DNA of 49,806 bases from Octopus sinensis. Lineage: Eukaryota. Numbering within the stretch: the first letter of the stretch is position 1; each line of letters starts with the position of its first letter. The notes below the pieces were generated by a model. The model saw only the letters and a program-made list of their open reading frames with translations. It made no database searches and was not told where the DNA came from. The position numbers were made by a program, and so were the translations under genes. The DNA lies in NCBI RefSeq assembly GCF_006345805.1, contig NW_021834338.1, positions 1 to 49,806 on the forward strand, given 5' to 3'. This document shows positions 25,094-38,399 of the stretch, piece by piece.

Positions 25094-25163
25094 GCAGAAC
25101 CTTCAGCAACTACAATGGAATTTCTATTTGAAGTATTTTGTAACAGTTGCTGAAGGTTTTTGC
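25094..25163. ncRNA. 70-nt hairpin, pre-miRNA-like
   Basis: Perfect 14-bp inverted repeat aaccttcagcaact (25098-25111) / agttgctgaaggtt (25145-25158), extendable on both sides (gcag/ttgc, acaa/ttgt). No expression evidence. Confidence 0.3.
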
Positions 25164-26070
25164 AGTATCCATCCCATTAAGGTGATTTTGTGACAGCCCA
25201 TTGCAAAATCCTTGAATACTGCTGCGCATAGATATGCAGAGGCTTGCAAGGTTAGAACTGGCAATGGCCGTAAATCATAAAAGCTGTGGGATCGAAACGA
25301 AAAGAAATGAGAAATCTGGATAAAATACTCGTAGGGATAGAGTACTTTAAAAATAGATAAATCGATTATTGCTGTAATGCTTTTGAGCATATGTATATTG
25401 AAGTTGAGCTCACCTGCGTTAAAATAATGGCAAACGTGTTTCGTAATATTTAACCAATTATCTCTTCCTCCGAATATTAGAGTAATTTGTCATTAGGTAA
25501 GGTATATCTATATCATGCTTGGGGGAAATATTTCCAATAAATTCTATACCCGATCATAAACATTGGATACAAAATAGTTTTTGAAGCGAAGCGGTCTATA
25601 ACACAGAAAATCTCCATTTTAAGATGCAATTTAGGGCCTATGCATGTTTCGAAGGAATTGCAAAAGTGTTTGCTCCAGGTTTCAGTTTTATAAGTGAAAT
25701 TATTTTTATATTGGAAATTCTCCTTATGCAAGCATCCTTCCTGATTTAAAATGTTATTCAAAATATCGATAAATCGTCGCGCAATTCTTTTCATAATTCT
25801 TTTCTCACAACTCAACGCTTGGTTCTTTCTATTTTATATTCTCATGCGAAATATGATTCATGATATTCATTCAGCTGCCGTGATAAGATGATTGGAATAG
25901 ATTATACAAAAACATAGTCATAATATGAAATATCCTTCTCTATGTGCTTCATAATTGTATTTCACCCAGGAAGCGTTCAGGTGTGCTCGGCCTTGCTTTT
26001 CAGAAGCAATGTTTGCTAAATGATTCAAAGATGCTTCCATAATGATATGCATATATATATATTTATACAC

Positions 26071-26140
<70 letters not shown>

Positions 26141-26146
26141 TATATA

Positions 26147-26189
26147 TACACACCATGAAAATTCATATATATATATATGAATTTTCATG

Positions 26190-26225
<36 letters not shown>

Positions 26226-26243
26226 GAATTTTCATGGTGTGTA
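26147..26243. repeat. Perfect 40-bp palindrome plus a duplicated arm inside TA microsatellite
   Basis: accatgaaaattcatatatatatatatgaattttcatggt (26152-26191) equals its own reverse complement; 26220-26243 is the reverse complement of 26147-26170. Confidence 0.95.
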
Positions 26244-27249
26244 CATATATATATATATATATATTTATACATAAATAGGAATGCTTATTATATGTATATG
26301 TGTATATATATATATATGTGTATGTGTGTGTGTGTATGTGTGTACATAAATATATCATCCATACACATACATACATATTTATACACACGTATATATATGT
26401 ATACTTGTGTACGTATTTATGTAAGCATCTCTGCACACTCGTTTGTGTATGTGTGTGTATGTGTGGGGTGCTTGTCAGTGTGTGCATCTGTTTTTATGCA
26501 AATGCTAATAAAGGACATGAATAACAAAAATGTGGAATGGGAGGTGATTATTTTTTTTGTATATTTCGGCATTATTTTGACGTGTCAGAAACCCTTTATA
26601 GATCTCTAGTCATGCATCTCTCCCTGTATACTGATAAAAATTGCATTGAAATGAACAATATCGGGCAAACCAATCATTATTTACTAGTGAATGATTTACA
26701 TTTTCATCGACGTCAATTTTTGTAATCCTTATCAAGTTGGTATTACACTCAAACGCATATATAATGGTGAAATGTTATGCTCTAATTCAAACTGAATTCT
26801 TAGAATGGGAGACAGTTTCAAACGGCATTACGTAATCCTTTCCATTTCTGCATGAGAGGAAGGCGTAATGCATAATGCCTTAAATATGAAATGAAAACAG
26901 CCCATTAAATATGTAGCGGAATATAGCTTGTTAAATCAAACAAAAGACAAAGCTTTATGAAAATGGGTTTCAGTTGAATGTAAGTTTAAAAGAGAACTAT
27001 AAAACGGATATTTTTTTTTATGCTGTCGGTAAAGAGATCGTGAGAAAGAAAACGAATTTAAATGTAAGATTTCAGATCTTTCCAAACGAAATATTGTATG
27101 CAAAGAATATAAAAATGAAAGAACGTTCACCCCAAATAGTATAGGCCGTTTTCGATTTATGATAGGCCGTAATATACAATTCCTAAATAAACGATCTCTA
27201 AGGAAAATTTATGTAAATATGTGTCTTTGGGTATGTGTGCGCTGCGTAT

Positions 27250-27297
27250 ATATGCATATGTATATGAGTATATATATATATAGATATAGATATATAC

Positions 27298-27329
<32 letters not shown>

Positions 27330-27333
27330 ACCT

Positions 27334-27417
<84 letters not shown>

Positions 27418-27511
27418 TATATATATATACATATATATGTATATGTATATATATATATGTATATATATATACATATATATGTATATGTATATATATATGT
27501 GTGTGTGTGTG

Positions 27512-27560
<49 letters not shown>

Positions 27561-27572
27561 ATATATATATAC
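27250..27572. repeat. (TA)n/(CA)n/(TG)n compound microsatellite
   Basis: Seen directly. Confidence 0.93.
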
Positions 27573-27574
27573 AG

Positions 27575-27915
27575 CAGTGATAATGGACTGAACTGAACCG
27601 TAACTAATCTGCACATCGTCTGATAATTCAGAGATGGTGGTTCAACGATTTCCACTCACAGCTGCATGCACATTTGTGATGTTTTTCTTAGTTCTGCTGG
27701 GTATGGGTCTCGCAGAACGTTCATGAATATCGGTATTTATTCGTCCATCTTGGAAATCCCTGAACCACTGGTACACTTCTTGTGTGCAGCTCATACACTT
27801 CTCTCTATAATATTTCTGCAACTTTACGTAGGTTTCTGAGCAGGTATTGGCATGGTAATTTTCTCATCGTCATCATGACGATAAAAATCCGAGGCAAGCC
27901 TTGGATTTTTATCTC
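27575..27915 (-). mobile_element. Mariner transposase 5' remnant (related to 36947-37707)
   Basis: Reverse complement contains atcagacgatgtgcagattagttacggttcagt, matching atcagaggatgtgcagattatttacggttcagt at ~37348-37380; adjacent sequence also aligns with the HTH region of the other copy. Confidence 0.75.
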
Positions 27916-27935
27916 GTTCTGTTAATTTATATATA

Positions 27936-27976
<41 letters not shown>

Positions 27977-30900
27977 TATCTGTATATGGTATTGTGAGAT
28001 ACATAGAGAGGGGGATAGCTAACTTCTTGGCTATCTCTCCATCTTTCTGTGTTCAAGACTCTTCACACAGCTCAGACCGCCTGAGTCAGGCGTTTATGGA
28101 CATGAGCATGTTGATACGTAACTTGTCCACAGTGACCCTCATGGAAGGTCAAACGCCTACTGCGTGATTTCATTTTTGGTTTTGTTCTCTCCGTCCTGAC
28201 TTCAAATTGTTCAGAATGCTACCAATTTACATCGTCAAAACTTAGATGAAGATTGGAAATAGAGGATATGTTGTTATTAGTTTTCACCCTGCACTGTTTG
28301 AAGCCAATCCAAAAATGTTTCACGGCTGTTTTTAGGAATCCATTCAAAAGAACTTTTATCCCCCTTACATAGATGTGGTAGATTAGAAACACGTGCCCTG
28401 GTGGTCTATGGTACCCCTTGGTAGTATTTGCTTTGCTGCTATTTTCTTTACTTGTCCGAAGTCAGTAACCATTCTCCTATACTTCTGCTTACTTTGAACA
28501 CCACCTGGATTGAATCGCACAACTTTCTTCAACTCCCAACTGCTGATGACCTATATTTCTATTTTGCATTTGAGTTCGGGAATGACATCTGAGTTACACT
28601 CCTGTAATTTCCTTCTGTGGGTCGGTTTTGGTTCTCCGAAGTTCATTTTCGAACAACCCTGCTGGGAATTTCTCCAAATTCACGGCAACTTCTTAATTGC
28701 TATTAGGTACAGTCGCGAAATGTCTTCTCACATAGCAAATCTTCTTCATGTTTTTGTTCTAGTGGAATCCACTGAAATTGCTAACTGATATTTCTTTAAC
28801 TAACATATTACAGTGTAAACAAAAGAATGACACTTCAACATTGTATCGTTAAGTTTTTAACTTGTGAAAATCAAGATGCCAAGATCTGGAATATGAACAA
28901 GGCTAATTAAAACAAAAACAGATCAACAGAAGCAAAGAAGCAGCCATAAACGAAACAACATCGATATGACCAGGAACAGCAACAAATTATTATCTTGAAT
29001 GCCTATGACTGAAAATTTTCTGTTTAATATAATTAAAATAGCAGTTGAGAGAAGACGTTTTTTTATAAGCAAAGACGTATTAGTTTGTTATATTTTAGAT
29101 GTGATTAAACTAAATGAAAAATTAGAACGGTTACGATGAGAACATATTTGATCAGAGTTATCACCCGTATTAGATCCAGAAGTATCACAGTGAAAGATTT
29201 TGTCATTTAAATGTTATTTCTTACTGTAATCTTTTGTTTCATTAAAAACAAATATAAAAACTGACAAAAATACTTCGTCTTATTTGAAGATTAAGAGACA
29301 TTCCTCGTCATATTGAAATGTCAGACAGAATAATCTTCGGATCCCACACAGGCCAAATACCGAAGTTTATAGTTAAAAAAAGTACATAAAATCAGATGTA
29401 CAGCTTTATGAAGGTGTGAGTGTGTATAAACAATGTTTACGAAGAAAACTAAATATCGTGATATAAAGAAAAGTTGAAACAAAAACGCATATATGCATAC
29501 AAGCGTCACTCTTACTAAATTACACTTATATACAGACACATACAAAACACACACGGTCACATACACACACACACACACACACACATACACACACACATAT
29601 ATATATATATAAGAAATGATTGTGTGTATGTGTGTTTGTGTGATTGTGTACCTTATGCATATCTGCGTTCTACTATACGGTTCCAAAAGGTTGATATTTG
29701 ATTTGTAATTATAGTGCATGTATTTTACTTGTCCGTACGTGCATATGTCATAAAAGTACGAATTTTTATGCAATTTTATATTATACATATTGATATATAC
29801 AAAATATACATGTCACTATATGCATATATATATATACAGATGCACCTGGAATATGTATATACGTATAAATAGAAATATATGAGTGTGTGTGTGTGTATGT
29901 GTATGTCACATGCAATGAAATGTGATTACTTTATCTATGGGATTATTTTTCTTTCTGAGACATATGTTCCACAAAGGATTTCCTTAAATTGCAAAGCCTT
30001 TCCACTTTGCCTTTATTCAAACAAAACCACAATACAAACACGAATAAACTAAGACATTTCCACAGAAATACAAATAACAACGGATATATCATCAGAGAGC
30101 CACACAAACATTAAACAAAAACGAGAAAGTGATTCTAACAAACTTTTAGGACTACATACAAACAAGCATTGTTCATTCTACTAATTCAAAGAATAAATTT
30201 AGAGAGCCTTGATTATCTCGGACTGTCACTATTTGTCAAGTTCGCTCAACAGTGTCCGCCTGAAGTTTCCGCACCAAAATATTGTCATTGACATTACACC
30301 AAGAATGTAGTGAAGGGGTTACAAAAATTTCAGAGCCTAATCACGTGATCAGCCTCTGCAAAGCAAACTGTGTCCTAAACAAATATTAATTCGAATTATG
30401 TTCTCTCCATAAAATCAAGAGATTTTTCCAACTCCATTCATAAGCATCACAGTCGTTGTATCACATTTAACTTGAAAATCAGAAAAGCCGACAAGCTTGT
30501 GAAAGCGGTTAAGCCTTTAAAGATAAACTGTCAAAAATACTCCCAGTGCGTTTTCAACTTCTTTAATTTTTTTATATATTTATCCCTGTAAGGAATAAAA
30601 TAAATTTCCTTCCTAATTTGCCGCAAAACAATTCAGCTGGCCAGCAGATTTCAACGTGGTAGATTGGGAAATGTTTTCTACTAGTTAATACGTACTGAGG
30701 AAGATAATATTTTTATACGAGGCCAGGAAGCGGTCCACGTATATACTAACACCAAAACTATATAGCTTTATGCTATATAGGTATGTGAGGGATTTTTCGA
30801 TCCGTATCGCAAGGGTACTGTTGATAATTTTCAGCGTTAATTTGGTGGCTCATTTCTAGCAGGCAGACGTAAAATAGCGTCCTTATAATTAATATAATTT

Positions 30901-31060
30901 TAATTCTATAGCTATATAATGGTACTTTAGGCCTACAACCACCTACATTAATGTAGCTCTTATTATCAACTATTTATCTGGCTGTCGATAATAATAGCAA
31001 TATTAATATCTATATAAATATTCAATCTTTGAATATTTGCTGCTGATTAGCTTACATTTA

Positions 31061-31138
<78 letters not shown>

Positions 31139-31169
31139 TATATATATATTCTGTGTTTTTCTCTCTCTG

Positions 31170-31310
31170 TGTATCTTTCTGTTGAAGAGCGTAGGCTCGA
31201 AACGTTAAAGACTTGTTTTATTTATATTTCCTGAGCGCCATACTAATACAATTGTTCGTTTGTTTTCCACCTGCCTTCGTCTTTTGTTTATTTTCATAAA
31301 GCTTCCCGTT
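31170..31310 (+). mobile_element. Probable Penelope-like pseudo-LTR fragment
   Basis: ttgaagagcgtaggctcgaaacgttaaagac carries the TGAAGA..CGAAAC signature typical of PLE termini; flanked by TA microsatellite; a GIY-YIG remnant lies 300 bp away. Confidence 0.5.
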
Positions 31311-31593
31311 ATATACATACATACATATATATATATAGAATGGTTGTATACTGTCAATCTAACGTGAACGTGACAGTAGCGGGTTACACCACCGCTGTTT
31401 AGCCCTAGGAAGCATCGACGCTTCCTGATGGCTTCGACACATTTTTCCTTGTCCTTATATACATTTGCGAATCGAGACAGATAAAAAATGTTATATAGTT
31501 ATTTATTTCTATTTGTTTATTAATCTGTGTATTTTATTTATTATGTTTTCGGTGTTGTTTATATTGTAACCAGTTTATTGGGATCCTCTACCA

Positions 31594-31835
31594 TCATATG
31601 TTGTGGTGTGTGCTAGTGTTCCATTCCACTTTCCTATTCAGGCTAGGTTTATTTTCTATTATGTGTGTAGCTTCTGTAATTTGTCTGATTGTTGCATCTG
31701 TTCTATGTGTGGACAAGATTTTAATTTCTATGTTGTTGATTGATCCCCCGTGTTCCTGTTCGGCGTGTTGGTGCAGAATCATTGAGCTTTTACCTTCCTT
31801 GAGTTCTCTCCAATGTTCATTTAAAAGATTTTTTA
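31594..31835 (-). mobile_element. Penelope-like element GIY-YIG endonuclease C-terminal remnant
   Basis: KNLLNEHWRELKEGKSSMILHQHAEQEHGGSINNIEIKILSTHRTDATIRQITEATHIIENKPSLNRKVEW matches the EH..H...H / RQI.EA.HI....P.LN pattern of PLE GIY-YIG domains. Confidence 0.75.
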
Positions 31836-32363
31836 TTTATTTATTATTATTATTACTAGTATTGTTGTTATACATACATACATACAAGTATATGTAATGA
31901 TAATAATTAGAAGTAGATGTAAACACATGAACAGAATAAAAATTAAACAAAAAAACAACAACAAAAACATATTACATGAACGTATATAAACAGAAGATAC
32001 AAATATTACAGGCATCCCCCCACACATTAAATAAACATAGACGCACATAGAGATATAAGCATGCGCAAATGAAGATATACAATAGAAATACAAAATGGCT
32101 GACGGTTAGTAAGGTGAGACACAAATAAAAAGAAGAAAACAAAGGACCACTGATGCGGTCACAGGAGTGTGACGAAAGAACTCTGCCCGAAATAAGATTA
32201 AGATTAATGTAAAAAATAAATAACACTGAAGTAAAATAACACCAAATATATAGTGCGTGTGTTTTCATTGGCTAAACAGGCAAAATGACCATTCCGAAAT
32301 ATAACAATATCTGTTTCAACACACGACTTCACATAAAAAATCTTGCACAACAAATATATAAAA

Positions 32364-32409
<46 letters not shown>

Positions 32410-32769
32410 AAGGAACTCGATGTTCCAATTTCAAGCAAATTTCCATAGAACAGCTCAACAGTATTGTAGAAATAATGCATCACATCAGGATTTGAATATT
32501 TTCTTTCTAAATCTAAGATTAATAAATATCTTAAATAACGGTAGCGTTTTTTTCAATGAAATATTTTTTATCGAAACTTTAATTACTGGTCCATAATATT
32601 TCGTTTTATTAGCTCTTTTATGGTCATGTCATCTACCAAATTTTATTACTATCTGTTCCCTTATCAGTTATTTTATGGCTTTATCATCCTATAAGGTTTA
32701 ATTTTATTATAAATCATTTCATTTCCACATTTAATTTGCTATCTGAAACGTTGAAATGTGCAGGTATGT

Positions 32770-32995
32770 CTGTATATATATATATACATATACATATATA
32801 CATATATACATATATATATATATAAATATATACATATATATATATATATATAATATATATATATATACATATATATATACATATATATGTAAATATATGC
32901 ATATATATATGTATATATATACATATCTATATGTATATATATACATATCTGTATATATATATATATCTATATATATATATATATTATATATATAG

Positions 32996-33028
<33 letters not shown>

Positions 33029-33225
33029 TATTTATATACATATATGTATATATATATATATAATATATATCTACACATATATGTATATATGTGTATATAT
33101 GTGTATATATGTGTATATATATATACATATATATATGTATATATATATACGTATGTATATATGTATATATATATACATATATATATATATATGTATATAT
33201 ATATACGTATGTATATATGTATATA

Positions 33226-33271
<46 letters not shown>

Positions 33272-33282
33272 TACATATATAT
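32770..33282. repeat. (TA)n/(TATG)n tract abutting LINE copy E
   Basis: Seen directly. Confidence 0.95.
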
Positions 33283-33991
33283 GCCTCTTTCATGGAGCAA
33301 ATAGTTCTGCAAACAACAAGGGCAGATACTATACTGGATCTCTGCTTCACAAACAATATGGATATTATCCATAACGTTAAAGTGATGCCGACAATGATTT
33401 CGGATCACAACATAATAGAGCTGTCTATGTATATATACATATATATACATGTGGTTACATGACTTCTTGAAAGATAGGAGTCAGGCAGTAGTGGTTAATG
33501 GAGCCACTTCTATGAACACACAAGTAATGAGCGGTGTTCCACAGGGCACTGTCTTGGGTCCACTGCTTTTTAGAGTGGCCCTCTCAGATATGCCCTCAAA
33601 TGCCCGGATAGCCACTCTGGCCAGCTATGCAGACGATATGAAAGTCTCGCAGAAAATACAGAACCCCAGTGATGTTGCACACCTGCAGCAGGAGTTGGTT
33701 TCAATCTACAGATGGCTGAAGATAATAATATGCAGTTTAATGCTGAAAAATTCCAGGCCCTGCGTTACCAGCATCCCAAACTGAATATTAAACTTACAGG
33801 ATACACCGGTCCACAGGAAATTTCAATCCCAGAGCCTAAGTCTGTGAGGGACCTGGGTATCGACATGAGTGATGATACCTCTTTCTAAGTGCACATTACC
33901 AGGATGGCGACAAAGTTCAGACGACTGGCTGGGTGGATCCTAAGAACATTCAGAACCAGAGATGAGGAAACCATGATGGTCCTCTGGCGGA
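33283..33991 (+). mobile_element. CR1-group LINE copy E (same subfamily as copy C); ~1.2-kb internal deletion; both ends truncated
   Basis: [34 protein letters not shown] is joined through 20 nt of TA filler to [35 protein letters not shown]; closely similar to the reverse complement of 9600-10120. Confidence 0.92.
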
Positions 33992-35003
33992 TGACGTAAA
34001 AAGATATCTTGATAGATTCTTTGCCATGAAACCTCATCAGTTCTGAGAAGAGGGTATTTTCAAGTTAAAGGAAAGATGGAGACGCATTGCACAACAAAAT
34101 AGTTCATATTTGGTTGAGTTAGAATGTAATGGCAAGTATTTATTGACCTTTCTCTTTCATTTAAAAATTGGCATGAACTTTCCTGACAGCCGAATAGATT
34201 CTGTGACAGTCCTTTTCTCTCAAATATAAACGGTTCTGGATTCTGTTGAATAATGGTTATATACAAGACAACAATACGTTAATGATACGTATATTTTTGT
34301 GTATACTTGTACACACCAACATACCTACATTCATACATATACGCATATTTCTACAATGCTTACATACCGATATTAACTGTACATATGTATTGGCAAGAAA
34401 CCATAAATGTGTCAACAATTGTGTTAATACATATGTGCATGCATATGATTGTGTATGTGTGAGGTTGTTCCTTTGTCCATGAATGAAGATGGTAGAGGGA
34501 CCATTTAATGTGAGTGAACTGAAGAAATTATTTTTTTCCGTTTTGCAATCTATCTATTATTCATCATGTGAATGTGAAAGCTGGTCATATGAAATTAACC
34601 CGAGAGACACTAAAATCAACATTCTGAAAACTACTTCGCAATAGATATTATCAAAGAATATAGTAAATGAATAGCCAACATGATTGCAGAGAATAGATAA
34701 TGTTACATTTGGTTATTCGTCTTCGCAAATACGGTCTAGACTCGCGTGTCGTTTTACACATACGCCATAAAAGCATTCACACGCATATATATTGTTGATT
34801 CGAGAATCTTCTATGCGGCTGAAGGATCTTTGTTAGCAAGCGTGGCTTTATACGTTACTATATGCATACAGCACATGAATACATTGATATTTACACACAA
34901 ACACACATACATATGTATATGTATGTATGTATATGTATATATATATAATATATATATATATATACCAATATACATAGAAGAATATATACATGTAAATATA
35001 TAT

Positions 35004-35066
<63 letters not shown>

Positions 35067-35306
35067 TATATATACATATATAGGTGTGTGTGTGTGTTTG
35101 TAGCGAGGTTTCTCAATATCTGTGTTTGCTTTGCTACAGTTTCATGTGGATGGATGTCAAATTGTTTGCCGTATTAAAAGACTGGCTGATCAAAAACCAC
35201 GTGCCTCAGTTAGCATCAATAAAAAAAATAAGAGTCGGCAAACACAAGAGAAATGTCTGATATACAAGAGAACCATATTCGCACTGCGGAAAGAAGTTAC
35301 GAGAAT

Positions 35307-35372
<66 letters not shown>

Positions 35373-35426
35373 ACATATATACACATACATATATATATAT
35401 TATATACATATATATATATATATATA

Positions 35427-35467
<41 letters not shown>

Positions 35468-36554
35468 AGAGAGATATATATAAGTATATGTATATCTGTT
35501 TGTATGTATGTATCCATGCATGCAAGTTTGTGTATGAGAAATATAGAAAGAAGACGAAATTATATGTGGATAATGTTATCAAGAACTACGGAAACTCCAA
35601 CAGAAATATAGAAACGAGAGACAAATCTAAGTATATGAAGAGGAAGTGATGTGGAAACAAAGATGTATCATACGTGCCTGTTGTCATTTGTTGAAAATTA
35701 TGCGGCGCCACTGAGCCCCGATTTATGTACAATAATAAGTATCCGTTGTTAATCTTTATTTATTTGTTGGAAGATTTTTTAAACATCACTCTTTATCTAT
35801 ATACGTTTCCACATGCTACGCTTATATACATATAACTACCCAACTACGGAAACCCAAGTACATAATTTCGTAATCACATGGAGATACGAGTACAGAAATG
35901 TTGTTCGTGGATATTAAAAATATAAAGCAGAAAATATAGAGGGCATATATACACTAGGTTCAGCATGGAGTTGAGACATATTTATAGAATCTACCTTTGA
36001 TGTAAGGGTTTCTCGTATGTAACCATTTTAAGGACAATCACCACTTAATACTCTTTTACATCAAATATGTTTCAAACATCAGTCTAGTCGGAAGACATAT
36101 ACCGCTGCAGAAAACGAAGACTAAAGATGTTAGTATATCGTGGATTGTTAGCAATAAATAGTCTAAGACTGTACCAGTTTGTAAGACATGTTACTCTATT
36201 CGATATAATCTGGAATAGAGTAAAGAACAAAACAAGTAAAAACAAATGAAAGGAACTTGCTGGGCTCGATTGACCAGAGAAATATTATTGGCGCGTTACA
36301 ATAAAATATCACAATCAAAGTAAAACAGCTGCATACTCCTTTGCGAAAATCAGCTGTGTCGTTAATCACAATCTCATATGAGAAAAGTAGAGGTTACAGA
36401 AAGTCGCTATGGGCCATTCATGAAGCGTTTGAAAATCCAACAGCAATTCGTTCAGTTTTATCCTTACTAACACTGGTATTTTAGAGCGTGGAGCAACCTG
36501 CTTGATCAGCGTGTAGGTAAGATGAAAACGGTTCTAGTTTAATAATGTATTGTC

Positions 36555-36620
36555 ATAATTCATTCCATACAGATGAGCAAGATGTCAAGATAACTTGCTC
36601 ATCTGAATGGAATGAATTAT
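36555..36620. ncRNA. 66-nt near-perfect hairpin (27-bp stem), pre-miRNA-like or mini foldback element
   Basis: ataattcattccatacagatgagcaag (36555-36581) pairs with cttgctcatctgaatggaatgaattat (36594-36620) at 26/27 positions; 12-nt loop. The structure is certain; the function is not. Confidence 0.4.
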
Positions 36621-36946
36621 TCATCAAGAAGAATAAAAAGTCTCTAGCATCGTGTTGATATTTAATGTTAGTAGCAAAGATCAAAAACTCAATCCCAAAA
36701 CGTCGAATAAATGAGCAATATATTACGATAAAAGCATAGCATTTACGCACGGATCATATGTTATAAAGGACAGCCATATTTAATCTGAAAAACAAGCAGG
36801 GAATATGGAATATTCAAGTTGAAAGTCAAGAGAAAGGTGCAATTAGAAAGCTATCTTGACGTCTATACTTTTGGAGAAGATCAAATAGAATTCGCAACTC
36901 TCAATATATATATATATATATATATATGAATGTATAGTAATGAATG

Positions 36947-37707
36947 ACGAGGCTAAACCATGCAGAGTAAATCCGCTTGCCAGAGATCGATCATGACCTC
37001 TGCTTTACAAACGCATCAAGTTTGAACGTCCTAGCTCACTTCCACTGTTTACAGTAGTTCATGAATCGAAAGTGTGTGGCGTGTGAGCGTCGCATTGACA
37101 ATGTCAGAGGAAGTTGTCGTGGCAGTACCTGCCTCAGAGGCCTACGCAAAGTTACAGAAAGTGTATGGGAGAGGAGTGTATGAACCTCAGGCTAGTGTAC
37201 GAGTTGTTCAGACGTTTTCAAGATGGCCGAAAACATGTCGATAATGACAAACTTTCTGGGAGACCTGCAACCAGCGTAACAGAGAAAAATATCATAGATG
37301 TGATTGAAGCTGTGAGTGGGAACCGCTGACCCAACATCCGTGATATATCAGAGGATGTGCAGATTATTTACGGTTCAGTTTATTACCACTGAAGATTTGG
37401 GTATGAGACGCGTGTCTGCCAACTTTATGCCAAAACTACATTCAGCTAATCAAGAAGGCATTCGGGATTCACTGACACAAGTTCTGTATTGTGTCAAGAA
37501 TGATGAAAATTTTTGAAAACTTTGCGTAGGCCTCTGAGCAGGTTTCCCCAAGATTTTGGTAAAATTTGATGCAGATTCTCAACTTCACCTGTCATGATCA
37601 ATGCAACGATTACACGCTGCACATTTTTCTTCCAAGGACTGTTGTAACCAACAGAAGTGAGCCAGAACGTTATAACTGAGTGCGTATTTACAGCAGGGTT
37701 TCATGTC
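36947..37707 (+). mobile_element. Mariner deletion derivative (transposase N-terminal HTH, no catalytic domain)
   Basis: SEAYAKLQKVYG, VYELFRRFQDGRKHVDNDKLSGRPATS and EDLGMRRVSANFMPKL (WVPHEL-equivalent linker). Degenerate TIR pair aaaccatgcagagtaaatccgc / gcgtatttacagcagggttt. Confidence 0.8.
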
Positions 37708-38399
37708 AATCTGTGCGAAGCTGTTTCACTCTGCATGCTGTAGCTTCGTTGCAATGGCAAGAGTCTTGATACGTATTGATCAGACCACACAAACACACAC
37801 ACACACACATATATATATATATTCTATATATACATATGCATATACACACACATATATGTATGTATGCATATATATACATATACATGTATATAAAGAAAAA
37901 TTTATCGCCACCAGCGGTCTAGTGAGAAAGAAAAATAGTCACAGACTATATATATATAATTTCAAGAAGATAGCGCGGTGACGGTGGATTTTGAAAATTT
38001 AGAGTATATAGACCCGAGGCGTCGCTGGTGTCGCCTCGTGGATATATATTTTCCTTGGCTACTTTGCTGACGGGACAAGCCAGATGTAAACAAATTTAAT
38101 TTAATTTAATTTAATTGGTTTACCAAGGTGTCGAAATTATTCATAGTCCAAAGATGATAAGGGTAAATGTTTTTATTTCTCCTTTGGCTTCAGAATTACA
38201 ACTATTTAGCGGTTTGAGTTTGGCTGCTCTTTCTGGTGAGTCGAATGGCATATCAGGGCCATTCCTTAATATTGTTGAAAATATATACATGTATATATAC
38301 ATATACATACACACACTCACACATACATAACACACACACGCAAACACACACCCATACACATACAAACATGTATATATACATACATATATGCATACCAGA

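Noticed and set aside
25124-25283. Minus-strand open frame FYDLRPLPVLTLQASAYLC..KYFK after a good acceptor
   Set aside because: No convincing donor, ends in a stop, no recognisable family, and overlaps the 25094 hairpin; left uncalled.
37995-38020. GC-rich hairpin cgaggcg..cgcctcg (about 38005-38030) and nearby cgccaccagcggtctagt
   Set aside because: Short stems without a properly placed CTAG end; insufficient for a Helitron call.
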